64,000 nt of DNA. Origin: Piromyces finnis finn. Taxonomy: Eukaryota > Fungi > Neocallimastigomycota. Positions 13,903 through 25,470 of this stretch are shown in pieces (within the stretch, counting starts at the first letter, position 1; each line of letters starts with the position of its first letter). The notes beneath the pieces are model-generated. The model searched no databases. It was not told where the DNA came from and saw nothing but the letters and a program-made list of their open reading frames with translations. The stretch lies in the NCBI GenBank assembly GCA_002104945.1, contig MCFH01000004.1, positions 310,001 through 374,000 on the forward strand, read 5' to 3'. Made by a program: the position numbers and the translations under genes.

Positions 13903-16856
13903 ATGAGCATATCATTACTTCCAGTGAGACTTCAATTACTCACTTTTCCAAAAGAATCTCTACCTTATGTTACCCATGCCATTTTAAAGAATGTGCTGTT
14001 TAAAAAGTAATGTATTAAAAAAAACAATAGAAATATTATTATTAATAGAAATTACATTATAGGAATATAACAAATATACCATTTATTAATTCTTTTTTTT
14101 TTTTTTTTAATTCATATGAATAATCATTCAATTTTATACCTTATTATCATTATCATTTTTGTCAATGCATTTTTATTTATTAAAACTGTTTTTGCTAATA
14201 CTTTGGTGTTTATATTCTATGTATAGACAAAATAAATTTTTCAGCTATACGGAAAATTCGATGGAAATATCGATTATTGCTGATGTAGAAACAATAGAAA
14301 ATGATTTCCCTAAAAATAATTCACCCACTTGCCCATATTTATGTATTTGTGAAGACCCTTTTAGGGCTCTCCAAATCGATAATGAATACGGTTTAGAAAT
14401 GTCTGGAAAACGTATTAATGATTTATCAGCACCGTTGGCTCAAGCTGGTATTAGTATTTTCTATCTTTCTACCTACCAAACTGACTTTATTTTTGTATGT
14501 ATACAAAGGAATATATTTTAAATGAATAAAACATGTATAAAAATAAATGTTTTATTATTAGTTGTAACATGTACTGATGATTTATTTTAATGTTTTCTTA
14601 TTAATATTTCTAGGTTAAAGAAAAAAGAATTCCATTAGTAGTATCGGTGTTGAAAAAATCATTTCAATTTATTGATTTAGATTTATTAAATATAGAATTT
14701 CCAATGTATCTCAGTAACAATGATGATCAATTCCTTCCTCCAGAAAATGTATCTTCATGGCTAAGTTATGATTATGATGGAAATGAAGAAGTAGATAACC
14801 AAAAATTAATTGAATCTCAGAAAGATACTGATTTCGATGGCAAAGAGAGTGAAGAAACTAGTGAAGAAACCGAAAGAGAAGCTGATGAAGAGGCAGATCA
14901 AGTTGGTGCTTTAAATATTCCAGATGACTATCGTAGAAATAATTATTCAAATGAAACTGCTATGGGTTGGTCTTACTCTCCTACATATGACTTTTCTTCT
15001 CTTTCTCTTGTACCAAAATTACCTCGTCAAGAAGATATTTTAGTAGAAGTTCGTCGTCAATGTAAAAAGTCACTTTCTGATAAAAGTTTACGTTTAATCG
15101 GTCTTAATCGTGAATATATGGAGGGATGGGCCTTAGTTATGATGAAAATTATGTTTTATCCTGAACTTCTTAAAACGGAAGAAGAAATTGAAAAGTAAAT
15201 CTATAATAAATTATAAATATATATTATTGTTGATAAAAATAAAAAATAATAGCAATGATAACACCAATTAAAATAATTAGTCGATCTGATGCCTTATATC
15301 ATTAATAATTTTTTTTTTTATAATTTTAATTTCTCGTTTCTCTAGTGATAATAGTTCAAGATTCTTTTCTTATACCTCAACTGATGAAGGTATTTCTCTT
15401 ATTGTTGAAGAACAAATACTTGAGCTCTTTGAAGAACATATGATTAATATGAGTTTAACACCAAGACCCCTTCGTTGTATTCAAATTGATTTAACTACCT
15501 TTGGTGTTGGTACATTGCGTTTAGGTTATTTATTTTTATAAAATCATGATAGATTTTAGATTTTTTATATTATTTTATATTTCATTTACCTTTTATGTAT
15601 TTATAAATAAATAGGATAAAAGGAAAAAAAAAGTAGAAAAGTTTATTTTTTTTTCATAGAAAGAAATATTATACTAAACCTTATTTTATATAAATCAAAT
15701 TATTATTATTATTTTTTAAACAGATCGTTGTGGTATTGTTTATTCTATGTCTGATCCATTAACTAAATCTGGTATCAACTTATTATATCTTAGTACTTTT
15801 AAAACAGCTAATGTATTGGTTAATGAATCAATGCTAAATCAAACCTTAGAAGTACTTGATATTTATGGTGAAGATAAGGATTCTAAAGAAAGTGAGAAGG
15901 AGGAAAAGGAGAAAGAAAGTGTAAAATCAAAAGATACCAATATTAAAGAACTTGTTACCAAAATTAAAGATTATTCTAATGCTCCAAAAATTAATCCGTA
16001 CCGTGATAGTAATTATTTAAGAAGCGTATCATCTCATGAAAGTGAAAGTAATTATCTTGCTATGAACCGTAATAAAGCTATAAACTATACAAATTATGAG
16101 GGTAAATAGCAATATTTCTATAAATATTTTTTTTTTTTTAAAAAGTTGACTATTATTATTTATTATTCATATGTTAATCGTCAATACTTTTTTTTCATGG
16201 TTTTCAAAATTTATAAATTACTCATTTTATTTATTTTTTTTTTACAACTATTTTCTAATATTTCATTCATTTTTAATTATAATAATTTTATAGATTCACT
16301 ATCGCAACAAAGATCATCATCTACTATTCTTAATCCAATAAATGGATATAATAATGTCAATCTTCAATATCCGGAATCAGTTGAATATTCAAATAATACT
16401 AGTCCTAGTAATAGTCATATTCTTATGGATTCTTATCATTCATCACCTAATGAAAATCATACTAATGGAAATCAAATGAATAGTAAGTTGGGAAATTCAT
16501 TGTCACGGATTGGACTATCGAATATGTATGGACAACCACATTATTCAGTATCTATATCTCCTACTACTGTTACGGCTGAACCTTCATCTACAACTATGAA
16601 TTCAGTGACAGTAAAACCTTCCAATAATGTCACTACGCAACACTATATTACCAATCGTTCCTACTATGATTTTACTTATGATAATAAAATCCAAGCTTAC
16701 ACCAATACTAACACTACCACTGTCAATGGAAACAATTATCGTAAAGATGATATGAGTGATCGTACCATTAGTTATTTCCAACAATATCATCCAATAAATC
16801 CAACTAATCGTATGACCTCGGATGTTTATACAACATCAGGATTTACGTTTAAATAA
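13903..16856 (+). CDS. CASTOR/GATS-like protein with four ACT-like subdomains, an acidic insertion and a long Ser/Thr/Asn-rich C-terminal tail; multi-exon
   Basis: MSISLLPVRLQLLTFPK..|FFSYTENSMEISIIAD..PFRALQID..LSAPLAQAGISIFYLSTYQTDFIFV|KEK..; second half LRLIGL..|SRFFSYTSTDEGISLIVEE..PLRCIQIDLTTFGVD|RCGIVYSMSDPLTKSGINLLYLSTFKTANVLV. STYQTDF and DxCGIV are CASTOR hallmarks. Intron 16102-16291 joins the last exon, which ends at 16856. Confidence 0.85.
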
Positions 16857-17587
16857 AATATATATATATATTTTCCAGTAATAATAAAAAAAGAAAAAGA
16901 AAAAAAAAACAATCATAGAAACGTCATTTTAAAACCCCCCTTTTTTTTCCATAATAGAATATATAAATTTTTTTACGCATTTATTTTAAGCAACTTTTTT
17001 TTTTTTTTTAATTCTATTATCCTATACAGATATGTAGGTAATAGCCATAACTTAAAAATGGTTAATACTACATAATCTTTTTTTTTTTTTTATTTTTATT
17101 TTTCCATTAATATTTTATTTTATTTTATTTTTTTTAAAAAAAAGTTATTTCCCATAAAAATAAAAATAAAAAAAAAAAAAAGAACGAATAAACAACACCC
17201 TTTTCATTTATTTATTTATTATTATTTCTTTAAAATTATCTTTTAAACAAAACAAAAACCTTTCATTTCTTTCCATCATCCATTTTATGACTCTATATAT
17301 TTTTAAAATTTATTTATTTATACATAATTATATATATATATTTATTTTACATGTTTCTTAAATACAATCCCTCATAAATAAGTATAATAAAATCAAAAAA
17401 AAAAAAAAAAGTAAATAAAAATAAATAAATAAAAAAAATAAAAATTACCATGATGTTAAAAAAGAAAATATTTATTATTTATTCATCCTTTTTAATTTTA
17501 TTATAGAACTATTTAAATATATTTTTATTCTTACAATGGATATTTATAAATATTTATATATAAATTTTAAATTAATCATTCAACCGC

Positions 17588-17618
<31 letters not shown>

Positions 17619-17639
17619 ATAAAAATATGACATTCTATT

Positions 17640-18058
17640 TGATACGGGTTAATTTTATGTAGAAAGAATTAAACTTTAATTAATATATATTTTATTAATA
17701 ATTTTATTTATAACGTTCCAATATTTCTATTCTGTCTAAATACTAAAACGTTCTGTCGTTGTCAAATATTAAAATTCTAACTAAAACAAGAAGCCCTTTT
17801 TAATAATATTTATTCTAGTCTATTTATACTAATGAGGCTTACTTAATAATTAATTGTCCAATTATAAGGCTGGAACTATATGGATCATTCATTTACAATA
17901 CTCTTTTACATTACATGATATTACATTTGTCGTACATTTACATTATATTCTTATACATTGTAGAAATAATTAATATTATAATAAATCTATATAAATTTAA
18001 TATTAAGAAAAATTACTAATATAATAATATGTTCAAGTCACATATTATTTTTATATCA
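17640..18058 (-). repeat. Element A 3' LTR
   Basis: Matches 39861-40279 with one mismatch seen by eye (TATTAAGAAA vs TATTAGGAAA); preceded on the minus strand by AGCGAGGGGATTTT (PPT). Confidence 0.96.
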
Positions 18059-18217
18059 AAAATCCCCTCGCTATAGGAGAGCGAAGTATAATTTAAGATA
18101 CAAAATTTTTACTGAGCGTATCTGGTTATAATATTAATTTTTCTGGTTATAAAACTAAATTTCTAAAATTAAAAAAAATTGAAAAAAATTGAAAAAAAAT
18201 TGAAAAAAAAATACTAA

Positions 18218-18269
<52 letters not shown>

Positions 18270-18582
18270 ATTATTATGATTATTTATATATACTAATTAC
18301 TAATTAAACTAATTATTATTGTTATTATTATTATTATTTACTATTATTATAATTATTATTTATTATTATTCTCAATAATCTACGGTAGGCTACTCGAGGT
18401 TTAGCAAGGTCGAACAGGAGTTAATCGACTTTTCGAAATTCGAAATCCCTTTTTGACTTTTTCAATTTCAATTTCGAAATTTCAAATTAATTATTTTTTT
18501 TTTTTTTTTTTTTATATATATATATATGTTTAAACATATCTAATTTGTAAAATATCATAAATTTTAAATAAAGTGTCGTCTC

Positions 18583-19720
18583 TCATAACGAAATATTTTC
18601 TTTATAAGGGAGGATATTCTTAATATGTGTATACCTGGTTAGTTCTTGTCCCGTATTGTAGTCCTTGAGCTTGACTGTATTCCAGGCGATATCTAAGATT
18701 TGATAAGGTCCTTTAAAATATGGGTCCAATTTTGTTCTGTTGAAATTCCTTAATTTGACTAGATCGCCTATTTTGTATTCTTCCTTATGATCCATGCTTA
18801 TTTTACTTTGTCTTCTAGCTTCCCAATACTTTAGAGTACCTAGCATTTTTGAAGCCGCCTTCCTTATTCATTTAGCGTGATCCACGAACCTTTCCATTAT
18901 AATTTCTTCTGTGGATCTTCCTAAAGTTTCTTGATATGTTTCCATTAGCACTAAATCTATTGGGCGTGCATCCTTTCTTCCATATACAAGTTCAAAACTA
19001 GAGAATCCAGTTGTAGTAGATATACTGGTCCTTAACGCCCATAGAGCTACTGGTAAGTATTTGTCCCAGTCTTCATTGTTCTCTACTAAGAATCGTAGCT
19101 GTTTCCCAATTTCCCGATTCTTATTTTCCACTAGACCATTCGACTCTGGGTGATAGGTGGATACGAAGTGTACATAAGTATCATATAAATCTAAAAATAT
19201 TTTTGTATAGTCGGAAGTAAATTGTACACCATTATCCATTAAGACCAATTGTGGGACTCCGTGGCGACTAAATACTTCGGTTAGGAATTCCGCTACATCT
19301 TCTGAGGTGGTCGTTGACAACGCCTTCGCCTCAGGCCATTTTGTAAAATAGTCCACAGCTACAATAATATATTTGTTATCTTGCACAGTAGTCTTTAACG
19401 GGCCTATTATGTCCACGGCTATTCTGACAAACGGTGCTTCGACTGGTGATGCAAATCTCTCGGTTCTTTCAGGTAGAGGTTGGGACTTCCGTAACTGACA
19501 GATTTTACACGTAGAAATATAGGTTTTTATATCTAAAACCATGTTCTTCCAATAATACTTATCCTTGATCCTTTAGTAAGTTTTCTGCAGTCCTTCATGT
19601 GCGATTTTATGGTTTTTCGCGATGACCTGGATCTTTTCCAAGGGTTCGTCAACAATCTTTCTTAAGTTATCGTTATCCCTGAAATATAACAGATTATTTA
19701 TTCTTATTACTCTTTCTTTT
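18583..19720 (-). pseudogene. Element A pol, integrase part (HHCC, DDE, GPY/F); two in-frame stops
   Basis: HKIAHEGLQKTY*RIKDKYYW..CKIC; VDIIGPL..MDNGVQF..GLVENKN; DHAK*IRKAA; PYFKGPYQI; ends ENISL*. Continues in frame from 33393-33555 once element C and its TSD are removed. Confidence 0.9.
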
Positions 19721-20483
19721 TGTAAAAGTTTTAAAATTTAAAACAGATTATAAAATTTTTTACAATAAAACAAAAACACAATAAAATAAAAAATTAAAAA
19801 CAAAAACAAAATTTATTTATATTCTTTTTTCTTTTTTATTAGTTCTTATTTAGTTATTAACTAAATTATAGTCAATAACAATTACATCGTTTAACTATGA
19901 AATTTTACATGTATTTATATTTTTTACAAATTATATTTTAATATACTATTCTATTTAATTATACATATATTCAATATAAAATAAACAAAACTAATTTAAT
20001 ACTAATTTGATTAAATAATAAAATAATAAAACTAAACTAAAACTAATTAAATACACTTTTGATTCAATTTGAGTAAACTACAAATTGAATACAGTCCATG
20101 TATTACCTATATATTAATTAAATATTAATAATACTATTTATTATATATTTATAATTAAAAATGCTAATTTAAAACTACGCTAAAGTTATTAAACTAATTT
20201 TAATTAAATAAAAACTTTTTAAGATTTAATTTGAATATTTAAAATATTTAAATTTAATTATCCATTAATTTAAATATTTATCCAAATTTCATTTCTAACT
20301 TTGATATTTTAAAATTAATATTTATTTAATTATTCCATAAAATTTATACAATAAATTTTATAAACAATTTTTTCATTAAAATATCAAAATTATTATTCAA
20401 TAATTATTAATTAATTATTAAATAATTTAAAGATATACTTTATATCTTTACAATCTCGCCCTTTAAGTCGAGCTCCTGCGAGA

Positions 20484-23400
20484 TTATTTCTTTGAAGGAA
20501 TATCAATTACAAATGGTTGATATCTATGTCTGATCATACCATTGTTATTCCTTGTATAAACTTGATCTTGACTTTCTTTTCTAGACTTTTTATTTTTCCT
20601 ATAAAATTCTTGGATCAATTGTACATCTGAAATTTGATCTTCCGGGATCCAAGTATTTTCGTCAAGATTTTTCCATGTCATCAAGAAAGATTTCTTTCCA
20701 TGGTAATTTCTTTCTTGAATAATCTTATCAGGAATCCTATCAATAGTATCAGTAGTTAACTTAACATTTTTTCTTTTATTCATTACTGATCTATTTCCAA
20801 ATTCATTTTCGTTATAAGGTTCTAATAACGAAACATGAAAAACAGGGTGGCAACGTAAATTGTTTGGTAATTTTAATTCAAATGCTAAAGGGCTTACCTT
20901 CTTGATTATTTCAAAAGGTCCAAGCATTTGATCAGCAAGTTTTCTTTTGACATTTTTATTTGAAGGATTAATACCTTTTAATAATCAAACTTTTTTACCA
21001 ACTTCGAAATCTGGGGATTCCATTCTCTTTTGATCAGCATACTTTTTGTAGGTTTCTTTTGCTTGATCAAGATTTACTTTTAAAAATTTAATGTTTTCAT
21101 TAATATCCAAAATTCTTTGTTCAGCTCTATTTGGTCTATTCGCTGAAGGGATTTCAGGGTTAAATTTTGGATTGAACCCATAATTAGCGAAAAACGGAGA
21201 TTGGTTGATTGATTGCTGTAAAGTATTGTTATAAGCAAATTCAGCAAAAGGTAACAAGTCAACCCAATTATTCTGTTTTTCGTTAATAAAACAACGGAGA
21301 TATTGTTCCAATATCCCGTTTACCCTCTCCGTTTGACCATCAGTTTCAGGATGGTTTGCAGTAGAAAAAGCAAGTTTAATATTTAACAAATTACATAAAC
21401 GATTCCAAAAGTCTGAGGTAAATTGAGTACCTCGATCAGAAATGATGGAATCAGGAAAACCATGTAATTTAAAGATATTGTTACAAAAACATCAGCTGCT
21501 ATAGAAGCAGTAGGCAAACATCTTAAAGGAATAAAATGAGCCATTTTTGTTAACCTATCAACTATAACCATAATGGTAGTCATGTCTTTGGATTTTGGAA
21601 GCTCGACAATAAAATCCATTGACAATTCCGACCAAGCTCTATTAGGTGTGGAAAGAGGAGAAAGCAAACCATATGGTTTATGTCTTGGAGCTTTAGCTTT
21701 ACAACAAGTTTCACAAGACTTTATAAACTTTTTAACATCATAACTAAACTTTGGCCACCAAAAATTTCTACTAATTAATTCAATAGTTTTATTAACACCA
21801 AAGTGACCAGCAGAAATAGAATCATGATGTGATTCTAAGACCCTAGTTCTTAGTGAAGAAGGAACATAAATTAAATTATCATAAAGTAAAAATCCTTCTT
21901 TATCAATTTTAACTTTATTAATATTCCTAATCGGAGGGGACGAAGAATTTTTATCATTAAGAAATACACAAACTTTATTATATAAATCATCATTTTTTAA
22001 GGAACATAGAATAGAATTAATTAAAGAATCATCTTTATTAAAAGAATTAATTACATTACATGAAATAAAATTACAACTAAAATTACTACATTCAATATTT
22101 TCATTAATCCTATCATTATTATAAATATTACAGATATGATCACTACGTCTGGATAACAAATCAGGTTTACCAGACTTTTTTCCAGCTCTATAAATTAACT
22201 TAAAATCAAATCTTGATAAAAATTCATACCATCTTATCTGTCGTTGTGAGAGCATCTCAGGCTTTCTTGGAAAGGTTAAATTCTTATGATCAGTATAAAT
22301 GATGAACTGATGCTTTGCACCTTCCAGATAATGCCTCCATTCTTCAAGAGCCATTTTGATAGCGAGCAACTCTTTATCATAAATTTGATAGTTCCTTTGA
22401 GACTTGGTTAAGCTAGATGAAATAAAAGCAATAGGGTGCAATTGCCCTTCAAATTCTTGTGAAAGAATTGCACCGACAGCAAAGTTACTAGCGTCAGTCT
22501 CAACAATAAAAGGTTTGTTGCTATCAGGGTTCATTAAGATAGGAGCTGAAGTAAAAGCCTTTTTAAGTGTAACAAATGCATTTTGACACTCAGAAACCCA
22601 ATTAAAAGGAACATTTTTCCTAGTAAGTTTGTGTAGAGGACTAGCAATTTTCGCAAAGTCTTTAATAAAAATTCTATAATAATTACATAATCCAATAAAG
22701 GATTGAACTTCTTTAACGTTTGTAGGAACAGGCCAGTCGAGGATAGCTTTAACTTTATCTCTATCCATTTTCAGACCATCTTTGGATAATACATAACCAA
22801 GGAAAGTGGTTTCTGAAACATCAAACTCACACTTCTCTAACTTAACATATAAATTATTTTCTAATAATTTTTTCAATACTTTTTTAACATGTTCATGATG
22901 TTCTTCTAGGCTATTTGAATATATTAGAATATCATCAATATATGATATAGCAAAATCATCTAAATAATCACTAAGGACATCATTTATGAAATGTTGAAAC
23001 GTAGCTGGTGCATTCTTTAAACCAAAAGGCATGACGAGATATTCAAAATGCCCATATCTTGTTCTAAAGGCAGTTTTGTATTCATCACCCTCTTTGATTC
23101 TAACTAAATTATAAGCAGACTTTAAGTCCAACTTAGTAAAGTATTTTGCACCTTTCACTCTATCCAATAAGTCACCAATTAACGGAAGAGGATATGAATT
23201 TCTAATTGTCATGTCATTAAGTTTCCTATAATCAACGCAAAGTCTTAATGACCCATCTTTCTTTTTGACAAATAAAACTGGTGCTCCGGCAGGAGATGAA
23301 GATTTCCTAATGAAACCTTTTTCTAAATTTTCATTGATATAATTTTTTAATTCATCTCTCTCTGCCTCAGTTAAAGGATAAAGAGGACCATAAAACAAGT

Positions 23401-24322
23401 TAGCATTATCCTTTAATCGGATTTCACAATCGTATTCACGATGTGGAGGTAAAATATTACAATTCTTTTCATTAAAAACCTCTTTAAATAATAAATATTG
23501 TTTTGGAATTTCAATAGATTTTTTATCTTTATTCAAATTATCACTTTCACTTTTACATTTATTAATAATATTACAAAATAAATCATAACAGTTACTAACT
23601 GAATTTAATACACGAGAATTATTATTATTATACACGTTTTTTGAAAATGAGTACTGTTTTGGTCCAGTGACCGAATTATTATCTTTATTTAAATTTTCAT
23701 CAATACAATTAATGTTATTACATATACATTTAAAATTACAATTATTATCATTATTTAAACTATTACTAAATTTAATTTTATTAAAACTATCTAGGTTACT
23801 AATGGTTTTGACGGAGGTTCTACGGCCTCTAATACTTAAAGTTTCTTCATCATCACTGGAGTCGCTATAAGAGTATTCATAATGATTGTATGAATCAAGT
23901 TCACTATAAGAGGATTGATCATCTTCATCATCTTGAATAACTTCTTTTCCTTTTCTTGATGATATTTTTTCTTTCTTGGTTTCCTTTGTGCTACTCTTGT
24001 TCTTTCTTCTTCCCACATTACAATGTCTGGCACAGTATGTAGAGCTAAATGCAATTTTGGAAGAATCGTGGTTGTAAACAGGGCAATGTTTTTCAATCCA
24101 AGGTACACCAAGAATTATATCAACTTCAGGAATTCTAAGCGCATATAATTGAATGACTTCGTAATGATTTCTCAAACGAAGGATGCACTTTTCGGATTCC
24201 TTTTTCATGGTAGATGTACCTTGCCCTAAACCAGAAACCTTGAAAGATTCAGCAATATTTGAAAGTTTAATATTATTGATTCGGGCGAACTCGGGGTGGA
24301 TGAAATTAAGATCGGAACCAGA
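20484..24322 (-). pseudogene. Element C pol: rest of protease, RT, RNase H, integrase, chromodomain; 1-bp frameshift near 21485 and TGG>TGA stop at 20985-20987
   Basis: DSG|SDLNFIHP; YIDD; VETDASNFA; HHDSISAGH..CETC; GPF; LMTWKNLDENTWIPEDQI. Comparison with the intact B ORF locates both lesions. Confidence 0.9.
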
Positions 24323-24976
24323 TGTAAAGATATCAAACGCCTCTGTTTGATATCTTTAATGTAACTTAAGCCACAAGTATTATTGTTTAAGTTACACAAA
24401 TTATATTCAGAAAAAGAAAATGAGACATAATTTATTTATTAATAATTAAAGTTTAAAACAAAATAAATTATTAATTTATTTTTAATGTTTAACAAGTAAA
24501 TTAATATTCTCAATTTAAATCCCTAGTTTTAGTATTGTTTTTTCATAGAAATAAATAAATAATAAATGATTAATATATCAATAATACATGGGCACATATT
24601 CAAATTGAATAGTACTTAATTTGAATTGCCAATTGTATTTTACTAAAAATAGTTATAGTTTAAATATTTATTAATAATTAAGATTTTAGTGTAGATTTTA
24701 AATAATAATATATAAGAAATAAATAGTTATAATATAATATAAATGTATTTAGGAAAAAATATAAATAGAAGATATTTTTCATCATTTTATCGATGTAATT
24801 GTTATTAATAAAATTTCTATTATAATAAAAGATATTTTTAATAAAACAATTTTTTATTTTATTTTAAATTTTGTGTTATTGTAATAGAATAGATATCCTA
24901 ATCTATTCTTTCTGTGTCAGCATTACAATAACAATTACCTAACTACTTCAAGAGTACGTTAGGATATCTACCGCCC

Positions 24977-25224
24977 GAAGAAACTTTGTTGCTACCTTGG
25001 TTCAAGAGATTATTGAAGAAACTTTGTTGCTACCTTGGTTCAAGAGATTATTGAAGAAACTTTGTTGCTACCTTGGTTCAAGAGATTATTGAAGAAACTT
25101 TGTTGCTACCTTAGTTCAAGAGAGTATTGAAGAAACTTTGTTGCTACCTTGGTTCAAGAGAGTATTGAAGAAACTTTGTTGCTACCTTGGTTCAAGAGAG
25201 TATTGAAGAAACTTTGTTGCTACC
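24977..25224 (+). repeat. 38-bp tandem array (6.5 copies) in the leader of element B
   Basis: Unit GAAGAAACTTTGTTGCTACCTTGGTTCAAGAGATTATT. Copies 1-3 end AGATTATT, copies 4-6 end AGAGTATT; copy 4 has TTAGTT. Confidence 0.97.
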
Positions 25225-25234
25225 CTAGCAGAAG

Positions 25235-25279
<45 letters not shown>

Positions 25280-25470
25280 ACTCTGATTAATATTATTATT
25301 ATATAATACAAAACTTGTTCGACACTGTATAACAGATCGAGTTTGAATAACTTTTGTATTAACTAACATCGTTTTTGTAGAAATAGTTTTTTCTTTTAAA
25401 AAAAAAAAAAAATTACTTACTTGAAACAGTAGTAAGAAAACATTTTTTATATTTTGTTTTATATTTAACG

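Noticed and set aside
18059-18582. Possible env-like or extra ORF in the 3' region of element A
   Set aside because: Only homopolymers and short repeats (AAAAAAATTG x3, TTCGAAAT); no ORF.
18868-20987. RIP- or APOBEC-like mutagenesis suggested by TGG>TGA (twice) and a TAA stop
   Set aside because: Only three events in mixed contexts, and LTR pairs show no C>T excess. A family-wide dinucleotide analysis would be needed.
24977-25224. 38-bp repeats as a CRISPR array
   Set aside because: Units are head-to-tail with no unique spacers, lie in a retrotransposon leader, and there are no cas genes.
25240-25277. Poly(A) tracts in the leaders of B (A38) and A (39387-39416) as IRES-like elements
   Set aside because: Long A/T tracts occur throughout the window, so no enrichment can be claimed.
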